From: Phoronis australis | Taxonomy: Eukaryota; Animalia; Phoronida | Direction of reading: 5' to 3' | DNA length: 64,000 nucleotides | Assembly: GCA_002633005.1 (NCBI GenBank) | Contig: NMRA01000476.1 | Location: forward strand, 7,340 to 71,339 | Shown: positions 62,599 through 64,000 of the stretch, piece after piece | How the letters are laid out: every line of letters begins with the position of its first letter | Position numbering within the stretch: the stretch's first letter is position 1 | Notes under the pieces: model-generated | Told to the model about the DNA's origin: nothing | The model's database searches: none | The model's input: only the letters and a program-made list of their open reading frames with translations | Program-made: the position numbers and the translations under genes

Positions 62599-64000
62599 TG
62601 TACAGGAGGGGGACGGCAGTTCAAATAAAAATTTATGGGAGGTGTTTTTCAGAAGAAAATTTAAATTATGGGTGGTCCAACTTGAAAGAAGTTAATCATT
62701 AAAACTAGGTGGTGTTTTCTGCCCTGTAAATGTTAAAGGAGCATGCCACCCAAAAACAACCTAATTTGTATCAATTTAGATCGAGTAGTTCTACTCCATA
62801 ACGGCATGTACGGTTGCGTTACCTGACACCTGACGGCAGAGGAGGTGTTGAAATTATCCAATGACATAATTGGTTTCAAACGCAGTCTGTTCAGCAGTTC
62901 ACAACACGGGTTACTGGTGTCAGCTTATCGCTTGAATTCATTGTTTAACACCAATAAATCATCAAACTTTGATGAAAACCCTTAAAAATACACCAAGTTT
63001 TTATAAAAACGTTTTATTTCGCTGTTACGGATTTATTGGTATTTGGACACACCGTAGCCAACAAAGTTCGGCAGGCCAATAAGGTCCGTAGCAGGAGTTT
63101 GGGGTCTGTTCGGAGACAAATTCGAAGTATTTTCCGTGAGATACAGACAGGAGAACCCAGATCTGCATTGTTTAGACTTGTGATTTTTTGAGTTCTAAAC
63201 ACACAAAACGCTTGTTAGCCTGGCCAGTGGCTCGGAGCCCGATCAGGCCCATCGTGGCCGCCGGCCAGTGGCTCAGAAACTGATCAGACATCACAAACAT
63301 AAACCAGCCAAAGTTGGAAACTAAACTTCCAGTCAAGAAAATACTATACTAGTGAGCCAAATTAATGCGCACGTGATTATGATGGTGAATTACCCACGAA
63401 ACTGCAAATCTACTTACTCATCGGGAGCCGCGAATTTAGGTTCCACTTTGGCCACAGCACCGTCAGGGCAGAAGTTGTACATTGACAATCATTATTGTAA
63501 TAATGTAAATGTAAATAAACACTCCCCTAACACCAAGATGTGGGATGGAAATCGACTGAGTTGTTTCACAAAAGTTTCTGCCAGCAAACACTAAATTAGC
63601 ATGAGCTCACACGGCCTTGGTGCCCGTCAATTAGTTTTATTGCACCTAAAGCCGGTAATGCAGTGATTGCTGGCTTCTCAAATCATTTGCACTCACGAAC
63701 ACTCCGAAGGCATTACAAATTGCATCTAATGAAGCAGACTTTGTTTCAGTTTTATGTAAGTATTGGTTAGGGTGAGAATAATTCATTTTGAAACAGAATG
63801 CTCAGCAATCATAACATCAACATGGCAACTCGCAATCCCGACTTAAACAAGAGCTCATCAGTCGATCCCTGCGAAGACTTCGCAGGTGGATCGTTAAGTT
63901 TCACAGGCTATCAATTCGAACAGAAGAAATACCAGAGAGGCGCCGTGAACAAGCTCAGACAACGGAACGCATGAATTGGATAGTTATTTGGTAAGTCAGC

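Noticed and set aside
62733-63300. Kolobok-like element starting TTAAAGG, or further PCNP exons
   Set aside because: No matching right end lies in the window, and I could not recognise PCNP-like peptide in the minus-strand frames here.

Overview
AT-rich, intron-rich animal (probably invertebrate) nuclear DNA with three spliced protein-coding genes, all reconstructed by eye from GT-AG junctions with matching phases. (1) GTF2E1 (TFIIE alpha), + strand, 4 coding exons at 5090-15326, about 418 aa. (2) A 19-exon SAM/SH3 scaffold gene, + strand, 23325-57132, about 1368 aa. Its first exon looks like vertebrate SAMD5 and the rest looks like SASH1, so two separate vertebrate genes appear here as one reading frame. 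It also has an internally duplicated module split by an intron at the same position, with a 135-nt exon following in both copies. (3) The last coding exon of PCNP, - strand, 61972-62095. Non-coding DNA holds nested foldback/MITE elements upstream of GTF2E1 with readable target-site duplications, and a DINE-1/Helentron-like element carrying six ~143-bp repeats with CTCF-like motifs. It also holds a head-to-head tRNA-derived pair, a 27-bp palindromic minisatellite, a perfect 30-bp palindrome, CA microsatellites and a 63-N gap. I see no CRISPR, no prokaryotic system and no autonomous transposase. Gene names rest on recalled protein sequences, not on a database search.
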